Positions 34,401-49,900 are shown, numbered from the stretch's first letter. The stretch is DNA of 64,000 nucleotides from Cycas panzhihuaensis (GCA_023213395.1 CM041465.1:220479741-220543740); one strand, 5' to 3'. Translations and numbers: made by a program. Notes: generated by a model not told the origin, from the sequence alone.

Positions 34401-35350
34401 CAATATTTTATACTAAAATTACTATTTGTCACATGCCTTTATGGTGCTTTTACAAACTATCTATACTTGTCAACATACTATTGTATAGGCTTATTTCCTA
34501 CTGATCTGATTGATGGAATAAATTCTCTATTCTAATAGTGAATATCATTATAAGATGCTTGTAAATGCCTCCAGAATAGTCCATAAGTGACATCAAATCC
34601 TTTAAGAGGACACTCACAAAAGGCTTCACTTATGAACTAAATATCATATCGCATAGACTTCTTTAATATGTACACGCTTATTGAATATGGCCCAACATGC
34701 ATAAAATAAATATCCATATAAAGTAAACATATCAATATACCATCAATATCTACTCATCTCTTATATGCCTCTATAACTGGATCCATCCACCCTATAATTT
34801 ATTCCACATATTATTGATAAATGTATGCTTTTAACTCAATAAACATACTTCATATCTAGATCCCAACATAGGCTTAATAAGCTATTTCTTACTACATAAG
34901 ATCTTAAAACCACAGGCTTTGATACCATGTTAAAAATATGGGGATTATGAAATTAACTTTGATTTCATATTAAAATATAATGATACTTGCTTTGATACTA
35001 TAAGATAAATTATATGATAATAATAGAAGAATTTGAACTTATGAGTATGTACACATACTGAAGTAATCAACATTAATATCAAATAATAAATATATAAAGC
35101 ATGTACCACAAGATAGGCACCAAGATTTATACATAGAAAAGTTAATGTGGGAAAAGCCATGAGAGAAGGTGGAGTTTAGACTTTGCTTATGATCATAAGG
35201 ATTACATATTTCTCCTCTCTCCTTGCTCTATCCTTTCTCAATTTCTCAAGTGGTAATATAGATATGCATGTATCTCATATATCTCAATGTATGTAAATGG
35301 TGGGAGGTGTATATGTATAGCATATACATTAAACATTACATATTTTAACA
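31451..35350 (-). mobile_element. Complete non-autonomous LTR element (3.9 kb): LTRs 31451-31954 and 34928-35350, tRNA-Met PBS 34915-34927, PPT 31955-31963, TSD TTAAG
   Basis: The two LTRs align; PBS TGGTATCAAAGCC; PPT AAAGGGGGA; TTAAG at 31446-31450 and 35351-35355; no RT/INT motifs seen inside. Confidence 0.9.
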
Positions 35351-36426
35351 TTAAGTACATGGAAAACTAAAAAAGAATTATGTACAATTATTTATAAATA
35401 AAGAATGAAAAAGTAGGAATTAGTGTAAAGGCTAACATCTCCTCATCAGCATGATCTTATAAGGATGTCTCTAGTAGAGTGTAAGCATCTTTAGCTATTT
35501 GACTAATCTATTGTAAATATTATGAAAGAATATTGACAAAAAGTTGAAGTTAATTTTTTGACCTCCCTTTCAATGGAGTTATACCTAATTTCAAATGAAA
35601 TTGTAGCTCATCATTCAATGAATAAGCTATATTAAGGAAATCCTATAATTAACTTTATAACTCTATGATTGAAGGTCATACATTTGATTTCTAGATTAAA
35701 AACTCTTTAAGTGTAGATTAGGCACTCTTGGATTAAGATTTTAAATCCTTAAGTACTACTTTATCTTTACTTTTATGATCCATTTGTAATATCCTTAACT
35801 TATCACTAGCAATTTATTTAAGTTCCATCCTCTCATGTGTGACCTATATTAGCTAATCCTAGATTATTTTAACATGAGACTATAGTTAATCCAAATGGGG
35901 CACTAACTCATTTCAATTAACAATAAGTTGAGAAGTTAATTATTGTATAACAATACATAATAATTGAATTGATGTCATTCTCTACTCCACTTATTCTACT
36001 AACTTTATTACAATATCAAAAAATAAAATTTATACTATGTCTAAAATACCATCTATCAAATGTATATATTCAATCTTTACTTACTACATATTTTTCTTTA
36101 TTTTGTTAATTCATTATAAAGAAGAAGAAACCTTAAGGCAGAAGATTTATTCTGAGTTAAGTGAGATTCTACTTCCTATAGTTATTAATATAGTTGAAAC
36201 ATGTGTTTATCTCAATTAGAGGTTCAAGTCAGAAGTTCATTTAAGCACATTTTCAAAATGTAAATCAAGTTAGCTATAGTAAATTGAGTGAATTGTAGTG
36301 TAATATCAAAGGCTAAGGTATCCTAGTCAATTGTTAATAAGATAAGATGAATGTTCTTGACACTATTAACATGTCACTATATGCCTACTCCAAGCTTTAT
36401 CTTTAATTGTTATTAACCCTAGATGA

Positions 36427-39400
36427 TAATACAAGAGCACCTATAAGTTCCAAATTTGTAGGGTCAACTTGATGGTGTTATAATTTTTTATCTAGGTGTC
36501 TATTTTGGTTCCTTTTTTTTTTTTATCATAGATTTTTAAAAAGCACATATTGCCATAACTCACAATATTAGTTATGACCTTATTTGTAATGTTTTTTTAG
36601 CTCAAAAAAGATCATTTGAAGGCCTAAAATGTCATCTTATGATTATGTATCCATTTTGTAATACCTTATAGGTTTTTTTTTTAATAGTTAGAAGATTCAC
36701 TTTATATTACATATGTTTTCTCAGGGTCCTTAATATGTTTAGCTACCCATAGGTTAGTTTTTGTGCAAATTAAAGAGCCTTCAAATATTAACTAAAAAAT
36801 AGTAATAATTAGGATTTTACTAAAAATAGTAAATTTTTTAATTTGAAACCTTTTTTACTCTAAATTAATTTCCTAATTTTAGAGGAGATTAGTTAAAAAT
36901 TTTACATGGACAAAGGCCACAAATTTATATACTATTAGTATGGTAAAAACTTAATTTTTAATTTTAAAAATGAAAAAATAGAAATTTATAAAAGAGAGGT
37001 ATTCTTAAGAAGTTTGGTTATGTTTTTCACTTTGAGATCTTTTATTTTCTTTGGATACATGTGTTGTTGAAAGAATCACCACCCTATCATTTAGTATCAG
37101 AGCATGGTTCAACTATGGGAGGAGAGTAAGAAGAAGTTTGCAATAAATTATTGGTAAGTTTAGTGTTTTCTTCTAAAATCTATTTGAGAATTATTAAAAG
37201 TAAATTAAAAGTATTTACAGGAAGAAAGTGAATAACTTAAGAGATAAGATAGCCAAAGAGAAGACTACACAATTGAATAAGAATATGTAAGAGCTATAAA
37301 GGAAGTTAGAGGAGCTTGTAGAGATAGTGTTGAGGCAATAAGAGGCCCTTCTAATAAATGGATAAGGTTCAAGAAGATATGAAAGTGATTTAGAAATAGA
37401 ACAAAAAACTAGAATGAAGCCTAATAAAGAGGGACCATAAGAACCATGATCCTATGAGGGGAGAATATTGAGAGCACTAGAAGAAAAGAATAATGGAGTA
37501 AAACTTGATATTCTAGAGTATGGAGGCATCTTAAAGCTTAAAGAGTTAGCTAACTAGTTAAATAATATGGAGAGATTCTTTAAATGGAAGAAAATGAAAT
37601 AGGAGAAGAAAGTAAAACTTGCATGTACTAAGTTGAAAGATCATGTAATGATGTGATAGGATTACTTATAGAAGGAGAGGGTGGGAAATGAGATAGATAA
37701 GATTCAAACTTAGACTAAGATGGTAAATAAGCTCAAAGAGAAATTCCTTCTTGTGGACTACTCTTAAACCTTGTTCAAAAAATTTTAGAACTTGAGGCAT
37801 AAAGAGATGAGTGTCTAAGACTATATTATAAATTTTATAAGTTATTTATTCAGGTAGATCATAAAGAAACAAAAGTATATATAACTATCAGGTATATAAA
37901 TGGCCTAAAGATTTCCATCTAATATGAACTTAGCATGCTTAGAATTAATAATATTAAATATTCTTACTAATTTATTTTAAAGGCAAAAGAGAAATAGAAT
38001 ATAAACCCTATTTAAAAATCACCTATGGTGAGGAATGATTCATCAACCCACTTTAGAGGTAAGGTTGGCTTTAACTATTTCTATGGGAAATTCTCTAATC
38101 AAATAAAGAGGTAGAGTATAATTTAAAGGAGATAAGAGTTGTTATTAGTAAAGTTATTATTGATAATAGAAGCTATGAAAATATAATATCCACTAAGATA
38201 ATGGAAATATTAAGATTATATTGTAAACAACATCCTACTCTTTACAAAATTGCTTGGCTAAAAATTAAAAGTGAAGCAGTGATAGATAAAAGATATTTAG
38301 TGAAATTTTCCATCAGGCATATATACCATGATGAGCTATGGTGAAATATTCTCTTAGTAGATGCATGCCATGTAATGTTAGGGAGACCATGGCAACATTA
38401 TAGGAGTGCTTATCATGATGGGAGGAAGAATACTTATACCTTCTAGAAGGATGGTGTGAAGATGGTGTTACTACCTATGAAGGAAGAAGGGCAAGCATAG
38501 ACTATATTAATTATAAAGAAATTCTTAAGATAAAGTAAGGGAGGTAAGGATCTATTATACCTTAGTGATGAATCAGGTGGAAAACAATGATGAGCTAGCA
38601 TCAATATCATAGGAAGTGGTTGAACTATTGTAAGAGTATAACGATATCATGTATGATGAGTTGCCAAAGGGTTTACCACTAAAGGAAGGTATCCATCATT
38701 AAATTAACATGATTTTAGGGCCTAAACTATTCAATTAAATTGTGAACAAACTAAGCACTTAGGAAAATAAAGAATTAAACTAGAAGGTTAAGGAATTAGT
38801 AAAGAAATAGATGGTAAAAGAAAGTATTATCCCATGTGTAACTCCTACACTCTTGGCCCTAAAGAAAGATGGTTATTAGAGGATGTGTGTTGAATTTAAG
38901 GCAATCAATAAAATCGTAATTAGGTATAGGTTATTAATCCCTTGAATGGATGACATGTTAGACGTTTTGACAAGTGCATCCTACTTCATTAAAGTTAACC
39001 TTAGAATTGGTTATTATCATATTCAAATTTAGAAAGAGGATAAATGAAAGATAACCTTCAAAATAAAAGATGTATTATATAAGTAGATAGTCATGCTATT
39101 TAAAATGTTAAATGCCCTAAGCACATTCATGAAACTAATGAATACCATTATGTACTATATATTAGTAACTTTATAGTTATCTATTTTAATGATAAATTAA
39201 TATACAATAAAACTAAGGAGGAGTATTAATGCACTTGAGGATGGTGTTAGACATGTTAAGGTTATAGTAGTTATATGTGAACTTAAAGAAATATAAACAT
39301 ATGTAGAGTAGTCTAGTATTTTTAGGACTTGTAATATCCCAGGATGGGTTATATATAAATGAGGAGAAAATTAGAGTCATTGTTGAATAGCCTACTTCTT

Positions 39401-42148
39401 AGAATATGATAGAGGTAAGGAGCTTCTATAGTTTAGCCATATTTTATAAGAAGTTCATTAGAAACTTTAGTGATATCATTACTCATTTTATAAATTATAC
39501 TAAGGGAAATGAGTTTGATTAGAATAAAGTAACAAAATAGAGCTTCAAGTTGATGAAGTAAAAGGTGATAAAGGCACTTATATTAGAACTACCAGATTTT
39601 AGAAAGGTATTTGAGGTTAACTACAATGCTTCATATATGGCTATTAAAGTCATATTGAGTCAAGAATAAAGGCCAATAACATATTATAATGAGAAATTAA
39701 ATGAGCTAAGGAAGAAGTATTTGACCTATGATATAAAATTCTATGCTAATATGCATGCATTGAGATATTAACAATACTATCTTATACCTAAGGAGTTTAT
39801 CTCATTTATAGACCATTAGGTATTAAAGTATGTAAATACATAGAAAAAATTAAATACTAAGCATGTAAAGTAATTAAAATATCTGTAGGGCTTTACTTTC
39901 ATCTTTAACTATAAATCAAGAAAAAAAAATCAAGTTGTTGATGCATTAAGAAAAAGATAACACTATTAACCACTATGATTAGTGAAGTGATTGGATTTGA
40001 TGCTTTAAAGAATTTATATAATATTGATCCAAGATTTAGACAACTTGTGAAACATCATAGGAATCCCTTAGTTAATAGGATTGGGCTTGAGTATGATGAC
40101 TATTTCATGTAGAATAAATACTTGTTTAAAGGAAAATAATTATGCATTCTGATCAGGTCTATAAGGGATAACATTATAAGGAAATTATATAGTGAAGGAC
40201 ATAAGGGACACTTTGGTAGAAACAAGACCATATCTTTGGTGCAAGCAAAATACTTTTAGCCAAAGATAAAATATGATGTTATAAAATATATGGCAAGGTG
40301 TAGGATTTACCAAGTGGCTAAAGGACATAAACAAAATATTAGATTATGTATGCCATTACCAATTCTAAAAGGACTATGGGTAGATTTAAGCATGGATTTT
40401 ATGTTAGAATTATTAAACACCAAATGAGATAATAAATCCATATTTGTTATTAATAGATTCTAAAAAATGGTTCATTTTATTCCATGTAGAAAGACTAATG
40501 ATACAATAAGAATAATAAATTTATTTTTCAAGGAGCTTATTAAGTTGTATGGGGTGCTAAAGATTATCACTTTAAATAGGGATATTAATTTTTTGAGTTA
40601 TTTTAAGAAAATATTATAGGATAAATTGGGGAAAAGTATATAATTCAATAGTATATATAATCCATAAACTGGTGAATAAATAGAAATAGCAAATAGAAAT
40701 TTGGGCCTATTGAGGTGTATTATTAGAGAGAAACCCAAGTAGTGAAACTTAGTAATGGCAAAGGCCAAATTTGCCTATAATAGCTCCATAAATAAATCTA
40801 TAGATAAGCCACCATTTCAAATTGTATATGGTAGGAATCCTAAGGGGGTATTGGATTTGGTCAAATTTCCCATTAGTGATAGGATAAGTGATGACGTTGA
40901 AGCCTTCGTAGAACACATGTAGAAAATGTATGATGAGGTGTGGAAAAAATTACATAATAGTAATAATAAATATAATGTAGTGGCAGATCTAAGCATGAGA
41001 AGTAAGATATTTATAGAGAGGGATTTAGTGATGGTGTACTTGAGGAAGGACATGTTTTTTCAAGGTACATATAACAATCTAAAATATAAGAAGATAAATC
41101 CCTACAAAATTATGATGAAAGTAAATGATAATGCTTATAAAGTAAATCTACCCTATAACCTTTGTATTTCACTTGTGTTTAATGTTTTTGATTTATATGT
41201 TTTTTATAAAAAAAGATGATAAAATAGAATATAAGGCAAGAAAGGTGAATTGGAGAAAATAAATACCAACGAAGAAGAGGGAAGAGATTGAATAGGTACT
41301 AGATAAGAAAATAGTTTACATAATGTAGGATATTTATGATAGGTATTTAGTCTAATGAGAAGGGCTATAATAAGAGGGCAATATCTAGATTTTAGATGGT
41401 GAATTAAAGAACTAAACATGGACAAGTGGTAGGAGTGCCAACATAATAACTCATAAGAGATAAGTCCTTTCAAGTGGGGGAGGATGATGCAAGAGCATTT
41501 GAAAGTTTTAAATTTAGAGGGTCAACTTACTAAGGTTATAATTTTTAATGTGGGTGTTTATTTTAGTCTTTTTTTTTTAATCACAGATCTTTGAAATGTG
41601 CACATAACCATAATCAAAAACATTGTTTATGACCTCATTTACAATATTTTAGAGTAAAAAAATAATTATGTAAGGGTCTAAAATGGTATTTTACAATTAT
41701 CTGTCACATTTGTAATACCTTGTGGATAATATTTTTCATAGTTGCAAGATTCACTTTATATTATATATGTGTTTGTGGGGCCCTTTATATGTTTATCTAC
41801 TTATTGGTAAATTTTTGTGCAAATTGAAGAACTTTTAAAAATTTTCTAAAAATAGTAATAGTAACGATTTTATTAAAAATAGTAAGTTTTTTATTTAAGG
41901 GTTTTTTGCTCTACATCAATTTCTTAATTTTATGGGATAGTAATTAGGATTTTTGCATGGACAAATGTTATGAATTTCTATACTTTTGCTATATGAAAAT
42001 GTAGTTTTTAGTTTTATTAATCTTAGAAATAAAAAAATAGAAATATATAAAAGAGAGATTTTCTTGAAAAGATTGGTTCTATGTTTCACTTTAAGATCCT
42101 TTATTTTCTTCACATGCATGTGTTGTTGAAGGAATAATCACACTATTA
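36427..42148 (+). mobile_element. CRM-like chromovirus (Ty3/Gypsy), full length but degenerate: LTRs ~36427-37089 and 41485-42148, PBS 37092-37103, PPT 41473-41484
   Basis: The LTRs align; PBS TAGTATCAGAGC (tRNA-Met); gag KVKLACTKLK; PROT IIDNRSYENII, DACHVMLGRPWQ; RT KKDG..RMCV; INT SMDFML; CRM-type DLVMVYLRKD.F..GTYN.LK.KKI.P...NDNAYKV.LP; PPT AGTGGGGGAGGA. No TSD recognisable. Confidence 0.9.
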
Positions 42149-42796
42149 ATTCATAGCCATAGTTAGTTCATCATCTATTATCAATTATTCCATTGAGAAA
42201 AATGGAGACCCTTAGTCATCATAATCAACTCATTTATCTTCTATAAGATTAAGCTATGTTTCACAAGATCAAAGAGCTACTTAATATTAAAAATAACTTG
42301 CTTTAGTTGCTATAAATATTCATCCAACTAAATGTAATCATTAAAAACTTTATCAAAATCTTTATGATTAATAACTTCATTGTCCTTAATTTGGTCCAAC
42401 TCTTAAAAGAGTGGTGCAATTACATATATTGGAGTCCTTACACCTACTTTGTTTTATTATATCAAATACAAGTACTTAATCTTTTGAAGTAATTTTGCAA
42501 TAATATTCTTTAATAATAGAATTAAAATATCTTATAAATTTATCTTTTAATATTTAACCAATCTATTATTTGTTGTCTTCTTTTGATATCCAAATGCTAA
42601 TTAGTATTTGCATGGAATTTTCCTAAATATCATTAGGAACGAGTGTAGCCAAAGCTTTATTAGTACTAATTTAGAGTACTAAGTATGTTGATGACATTAC
42701 ATATGATTTCAGGGGCTAGTATCACCTTTATATTTTTAAGCACATATGACTAATACTTCTACTTCAAGTTTAATTTTCTCCAAAAGAATTAAATGG

Positions 42797-43899
42797 TGTT
42801 AGAGAATTAAAGCAAAGAAGTAGATTACATAACAATAGAGTGGATTCTATATATACACATCAGAAAGACATTTTACATAATTTGTACACAACATTTAGAT
42901 AGGTGGAAAACCCCTTTTTAGGAAGAAAAAACACCTTAAAAGTAAATAATTATATTTACTAAATGCATACCATACATCATATGTAATCCATCCTCAACTT
43001 TCCTATTTTTCAAAAGAGAAAATAAGACACTTTAAGTAGGTTGAATAGGGTAACCACCTAATCAACCATTTTTTTAATTAATATAACATAATATATAAAG
43101 TACAATTCACTTTAAATTAAAAACATAAGATAATATTATTTGCTAACATTCCCCTTTAATGATATCTTGTATATAGAGATGATGAAGATTTCAGTATGTT
43201 GATTCCCCATTGATGAAGACTTCATCAATCTTGATTAGTTAACATAGTTTATTAAACTTGGCTTCTGTAAGCATATATGCAACTTTAACATATATAGGAT
43301 AATATAGTAAGTGAATGGTTCCATCATTTACGAAATTTTTTATAAAGTATTAATGTAGTTCAACGTGCTTTGCTCTGGAATGAGTAATACAATTAGTAGT
43401 AATAAAAGTAGAGAACTTTGATTATCAACATTTAATTTAATAGAAGATAAAAAATTTTAAGTTTATTTAATAAATATTCAATCCAAAATCTTCTTTCCTT
43501 ACTTTAATAAGAGCTCTATACTCAACTTCAGTTGTATAAAGTACTAATGATTAATTCTTTCTACTTGACTAAGTAATTAGAGAGGAGTTTTAAAAAGATA
43601 TACCCAACTATAAATTTCCTTCATTAGTATTTGCTACCTAGTCAAAATTTGTATAACCAATTAGTTTAAAATGATTATTAGATTATTGATAAGTTAAACC
43701 AAAATGAATTGTACCTTTAAGATAGTGTATAATTCTCTTGGTTACTTTTTTATGTGGTTCATGTGGTTGCTGCATAAATCTAGAACACAAATATTAGGTT
43801 GAGTGTGAGTAATATAAATTCAACTACTAATCAATTATTGATATAGAATTGAGTCAATTGATGTTGTAGTATAGTTAATAGTTAGCTTAGTTCTAGACT
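42797..43899 (-). mobile_element. Copia host element A, 3' part (LTR 42797-43148, PPT 43149-43157, RNase H and end of RT); resumes at 50027-~50055
   Basis: LTR TGTTAG...CTAACA; HSRAKHVELH, STTEVEYRA-like and LIGYTNFD motifs; the RT frame CKLAPTPIQ|SRTKL is continuous across the 43900-50026 insertion. Confidence 0.85.
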
Positions 43900-43907
43900 T
43901 ATTAAGG

Positions 43908-43938
<31 letters not shown>

Positions 43939-46900
43939 TCCTATCCATAGATTCTTTAACTATACACAATAAGAAAATAAAGATATACATAGAATACAGA
44001 TGCACAGTACATAGAATTTATGTCAAAAACCCTTTTGAGAAAAAAACTCACCACAAAAGTTCCTTTGGATCATATTGATTATACTCCTTAAATTGAGTAA
44101 ACACACAAGGGATCTAGGATATAAATATCCTTCTAAGAGGTATCACCTAACAAGGGTTATAACTATATTAACATTAACTGGTGGCTTAATGAACAATTGA
44201 CATATTAACATCCCCCCTTAATGTGAATATGGGGAACTTGCAACCTATAGTAGTTGTGTTATCACAAAGGTTAGGGCTATCCTCTTGCTTCTTTATCCTT
44301 GTTGATATATCCTTCCTCAAGGATAACATCTGTGAGTCCTATTTTGATATGCATCTTTATGAATTAATCCTTAGTAAGCAGCTTAGTGAAGATGTCTACA
44401 AGTTGATATTCACTTGAATAATAGTTAACTTACATTTTCCTTGACTTGATCTGTTCACAAATATAGTGGTGCTAAATTTTAATATATTTTGTATACACAT
44501 AAAACTCTAGATTCTTTGATAAATGGATGATACTCTGATCATTAACGAAAATAATTAGATGTCCATTTAAAACTCTAAGAACCTCCAAGAGACATTGCAA
44601 CCATACAACTTCCTTCACACTAGAATTAAGTCCTTGATATTAAGCCTTTGTAGAAGATAACACCATTATTTATTGCTTGTTTGATTGCCATAAAATAAAT
44701 CCACTACTAACACCAAAGATATATCTATTAGTGGACTTCTAATCATCAGAGTCTCCTCCATAATCAACATCAATGTAGCCATGTAACCTTATCTCTTCAC
44801 CTCAATGGTATTTGAGACTAAGATTGAGTGTCTCCTTCAGATACTTTAGAATCCACTTCATTATAACCTAATGTATCTCCTAAGGATTTTACACATATTA
44901 GGAAATCAATCCAATAACATAGGCGATATCTAGTCTAGTATGAGTTAAGTAGATCAGACTCCTTACCAATAGGTGATACTCTATTCTATCTATAGGGGGT
45001 TTAACCATATCCTTTTATAATTTATGACCTTAACACATGGTGTTATAATTAGTCTATAATTATTCATCCTAAACTTATCTAGTAGGTTTTTTAAATGTTG
45101 TGACTGCAACAACATAATCTTGTCAACCATCTTCTTGATTTGAATACCCAAGAAGTAGTGAAGTCTCCCAAGGTCTATCATGTTAAAAGAAGCTCCCAAA
45201 TTAGAATTGACTTGTATAATAGTCTTATTATAGTTTTCATTGATGATTAAATCATCTACATACACCACAATAGTGACTATTGAAGTCCCCTTCCTTTTCA
45301 CATACAAATTCAAGTCGAAATCAAGAACTAGAAAACCTTCAACTTTTAACTTAGCATCCATCTTTTTATACCAAACATAAGGTGCTTGTTTTAGGCCATA
45401 AAGTGATTTCTTCAACTAGAATATAATATGCTCCTAACCTTCCTTAATGAATCCTAGAGACTATGACATGTATATCTCCTCCTTTAGGTCTACATTAAGA
45501 AATGTAGACTTAACATTAATTTGTTATAACTCCTAACCATAAGTAACTACTAAGAAAATGATCAACCGAACCATTATTATCTTAGAGACTGGTGAAAATT
45601 TCTCCTCATAGTTAATTCCTTCTTTCTATTTGAACCCTTGAGTAAAAACCCTAGTCTTGTACTTGTCCACCTTACTATCATGGCAAAACATAGTCTTGTA
45701 GACCCATTTACATCCAATAAGGTTCTTTGTTAAAGGCAGTAGAACCAAATCCCATGTGTCATTCTTTATGAGCGAACCATACTCCTCCTCCATTGTAACT
45801 CTCTATTATAAAACTCCTTTTGCCTCATTATACAAATTAGGATCACTAGAGTTATTGTTGTTTACCAACAGAGTTTGACTAACATGTTGACTTCTTACTC
45901 TTCTCGCGTCAGTAAGGGTATGCATCACCACTCTAAAATCTTCAATCATCTTCCTTACCTATAGTGGTATAGAAGGATCCTTTGTTAGAGGTGCTTCTTC
46001 ACGTGGTAGCTCCTCACTATTAGTTGACCCACTTGGCCCTGCTTCCTCATGTATTCCAACAATTGGCTCATGATCCTCTTCACCTAACAAATCTAGGAAT
46101 CGAAGTAGTGGGGGGTAAAAAGCCTCTTCTAGTGATTTTTTAGCATGTTATATCGATGACTCATCAAATTTTACATCTTGACTAATCATAATCTCTCTTC
46201 CTTATCGATCCCATAGTTTGTAATCTTTATTTTAATTATAATATCCTATAAAAATACACTTTAGACTTTTTTGATCTATTTTCTTGTGAGTATCATCTGG
46301 GATGTGGGTATATATAATAAACCCAAAAATTTTTAAATAACTAATGACTAATTTCTGATTAGTCCATTTTCCTTTGAGGGTCATGCTATAAATTGCCCAA
46401 GTAGGTATGCAATTCAAAATATAAACAATAGTTACCACAACCTCTGCTTAAAACATCAATGGCAGGTTTTTAGCATGTACCATACACCTTGCCATCTTCA
46501 TTATAATATGATTCTTTCTTTTAGTAACTCCATTTTGTTGTGGGGTATATAAGACTGTAAATTCTTACTTTATATCATGATCATGATAGAATTGATTAAA
46601 TGCATGATTGTTATACTCCTTACCATTATCATTTCTTAATAATTTAATCTTCTTCTAACTTTCATTTTCAACCATCACTTTCTAGTTATAGAAGCGATCA
46701 AACATATTTGACTTTTTCTTTAGAAAGTATACCCAAGCCTTCTTAGTGTAATCATCCATAAACACTAAGATGTAATGAGCTTTTGATATTGAGGGATTTG
46801 GGATTGGGCCCATTATATCTGTATACACAAGCTCCAACTTCTCCTTGGCTCTCCAAGCCTTATCTTGGGAAAAAGAATAATAGTGACGCTTTATATATAT

Positions 46901-49900
46901 ATATATATATATATCCTTCTCAAATACTATTTCAGCATGAAGTAGATGGTAAACCTTCTACTATCTTTAACCTCTTTAACAATGTGATGCTCTTGTAATT
47001 AAGGTATCCTAGTCAATTATACTATCATTTACTCACATCATCAGTGTTAGTAATAAATACGTAAGTCTTCTTATAAGATTGAAACTTCTTAAATACCCAA
47101 AAGATATCTCTAACCTTTCTATTAGTAATGATAAAGAAATTCTACTTTAGATCTTTAATTAGGCATCTATCATGGTATAACTCAATCTTTATACCTTGTT
47201 TATAGATCTCTTAGACTAAAATCAAATTTAATTATATCTTGGGCACATAATATACCCCTATAAACTTACCACCTACTAAAGAAACTCTATTGACACCTTC
47301 CTCCAATAATATATAAGCATTTGTAAGGATGATTTTAGCACCACTATGATTTTCATTGACCATATCAAAGTGATATTTCTAGTAAGAGATATGATTTTAC
47401 ATACCAGAGTCTAAAATCTAGTAATCTCTCTGATTTAACTTAGCTAATAAAGTTGATGCTTGGATGCAATGTACAACAATGCTCTTCCTTTTGTTGTCCT
47501 GGCTTACTTTATATGTATCATATTTCTTAAACCAATAGTTCTTCTCTCTATGACCATCTTTTTTATGGTAGTTACATTTACCATTAAATTTCTTCTTCTC
47601 CCAAGAACTTTCTCTAAACTTTTATGTGAACTTCTCCTCCTTAACAACCTCTTTCCTCTACATTGTCATGGTTGAAGCTTGGCTTGATTTAGAACCTCCA
47701 AGTGTTCCACAATATTTTAGCTTAGAATCCTCTGCCAGAATAAGGTTCTTAATATCATCAAAGGTTTTTGGCTCTATCACCTCATCTCTATCGTATATGG
47801 TCTGAAAAGTGGTGAAAGTAGCTAACAACTTTAGCATGATTGTCATGAATAATATCACATCATTGATCAAATTTAGCTTTAATTCTTCTAGCTTATTCCT
47901 TAAGTCAGTAATCTTATTTAGGTAGGACTTGATGTTATTCTCATCTTTCATATGTGAATCAAGCAATTGCAACATCGGGGCTAGACATTTGTTCATCTTC
48001 TTTTTCTCAAAAGCATCATATGGTTTTATCTAAATTTTATCTAGTTCTTTAAGATTATGAACTAAGGCCCTTTGGTCTAGCACCAATGATAATTTCAACA
48101 ATCCCATGGCCATAAACTTCTTCTTCTTAAGTTGTACTCACTCTTTATGATCTAATGGAATGACGTCCACCTATGCCTCTATAATTCCCCAAATTTGATT
48201 TACCATCAATATTAGCTCCATATTAGCCTTCCACTCACTAAACTTGTTGCTATTGAAGATAACCTTTAATATCACTAGCTCCATCTCAAGAAACGGGCTT
48301 CAACATGAGTTACAAAACACCAAATGATAATCTTATAGACTTTTTGGAAAAGAGTACACCACTGTAATCTTCTCTAGCTTAGGCACACTCACTGGGGAAC
48401 CCTGAACAATGACTATATGTGCTCTAAGTGGTTCACCAACTATTCTCCCCTTAGTAATAAACGTCAAAACATCCTCAAAATTTCAAAAAAAAAAGCTTCA
48501 AAAAAGACTTAAAAGACTTCAAAGATCTCCAAGAACCAAGAGAATTCTTCTCACTATGTTATGGCACACCCTCTAAGTCTGATTCCACAAAAAATGTGCT
48601 CGAACAAAACTCCAAAACACTTCAAAAGTCGTCAATACATTTCACACCATGTAATATGTAACATATCAATGGTCTAAGGGTCCTTTTATAATGTCAAATT
48701 ATAAAAGGAATATGTTAAAAGGCATATTCTAAAGTATACTACTTTATAAAATCTATCCATCCATCTACACCCCTCCACATGATTTAAATTGCACCAAATA
48801 CTATTATAAAGATTACTAAGTCTTAAACATTAGTAAATATAATATAAAGGTCATCAATTTATATCTCATGAGTTTTATGGGATGTAGTAGCCATAAATAC
48901 GTATTCGACCCATGCTCTACAAAAAAGACCTACACACTTCTAAACATATTTGTGGCCTTCCAAATGGACCAACACATTTCCTTACAATTGGTAAAAGCAC
49001 ATACACTACCAAACCACATAGAAAAATATCCTAGCCATGCAAGGAATAGCTTAGCCAACTCCTATTTAATAGAAATGAGCTTGATTTACACATATGGTTA
49101 TAAAATAGAGGGCCCACACTCACACAAAGTTGTCACCATTTAATAAATACCTATTGCTTATCAAATATTAATAACAATTATTTTATGTACAGTCTACTTT
49201 GTATTAAGATTAGGAAAACACTAAATAAAGGCTTCAATTTCTCCCACATATAGAAATGATATATTTGAAAATAATAATAGCTTATTTTTTATTAAATTTA
49301 ATGGTGTTATATTGAGAAAGGAACCTACTTATGTGTATACATGCATGGCTATCCTCATCATCATTAGAATGTGCTTTGCTAGTTTGAATTATTACTATAG
49401 ATCATCAATCAACTTTAGATAGACTCCAAGAGCAAACTCATGCCACGAACGTGGCCTTCGCATTTGAATATTGACTCCGATAGACCCTTATTCTTTATTG
49501 ATTGGTGATTTTCACTACCTCAACTACCACTAATTGTTGTCTGCTTCTATATATCATTGGAGTTAATGGATCCTCAATACATGTCTTGGGTTTTAATAGT
49601 GTCACCTAGCAACCAACGATCTCATCACTCTGCCCAACTTCCAACTTCAGCTATGTAGGACTCTATGATTCTAATATCATATTAGAAAATATGAGTTTAC
49701 ACATATATATTCCTATCCATAAAATCTTTAACCATACATAGTAAATAAAGAAAGATATATACTAAATATAGATGCATAATATACATGATTTATGTGGGAA
49801 AACCTTTTAGGAAAAAATTCACCATAAAAGATCCTTTGGATTACATTGATTATACTACTTGAATTTATTAAACACATAAGGTCTCTAGGATATAAATATC

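Noticed and set aside
30900-36420. Host Gypsy gag/protease remnants flanking the non-autonomous element (30900-31450 and 35351-36420)
   Set aside because: Only faint protease-like traces; too decayed to annotate by eye.
36422-42153. TSD for the CRM-like element
   Set aside because: The flanks GATGA and ATTCA do not match, so none is claimed.
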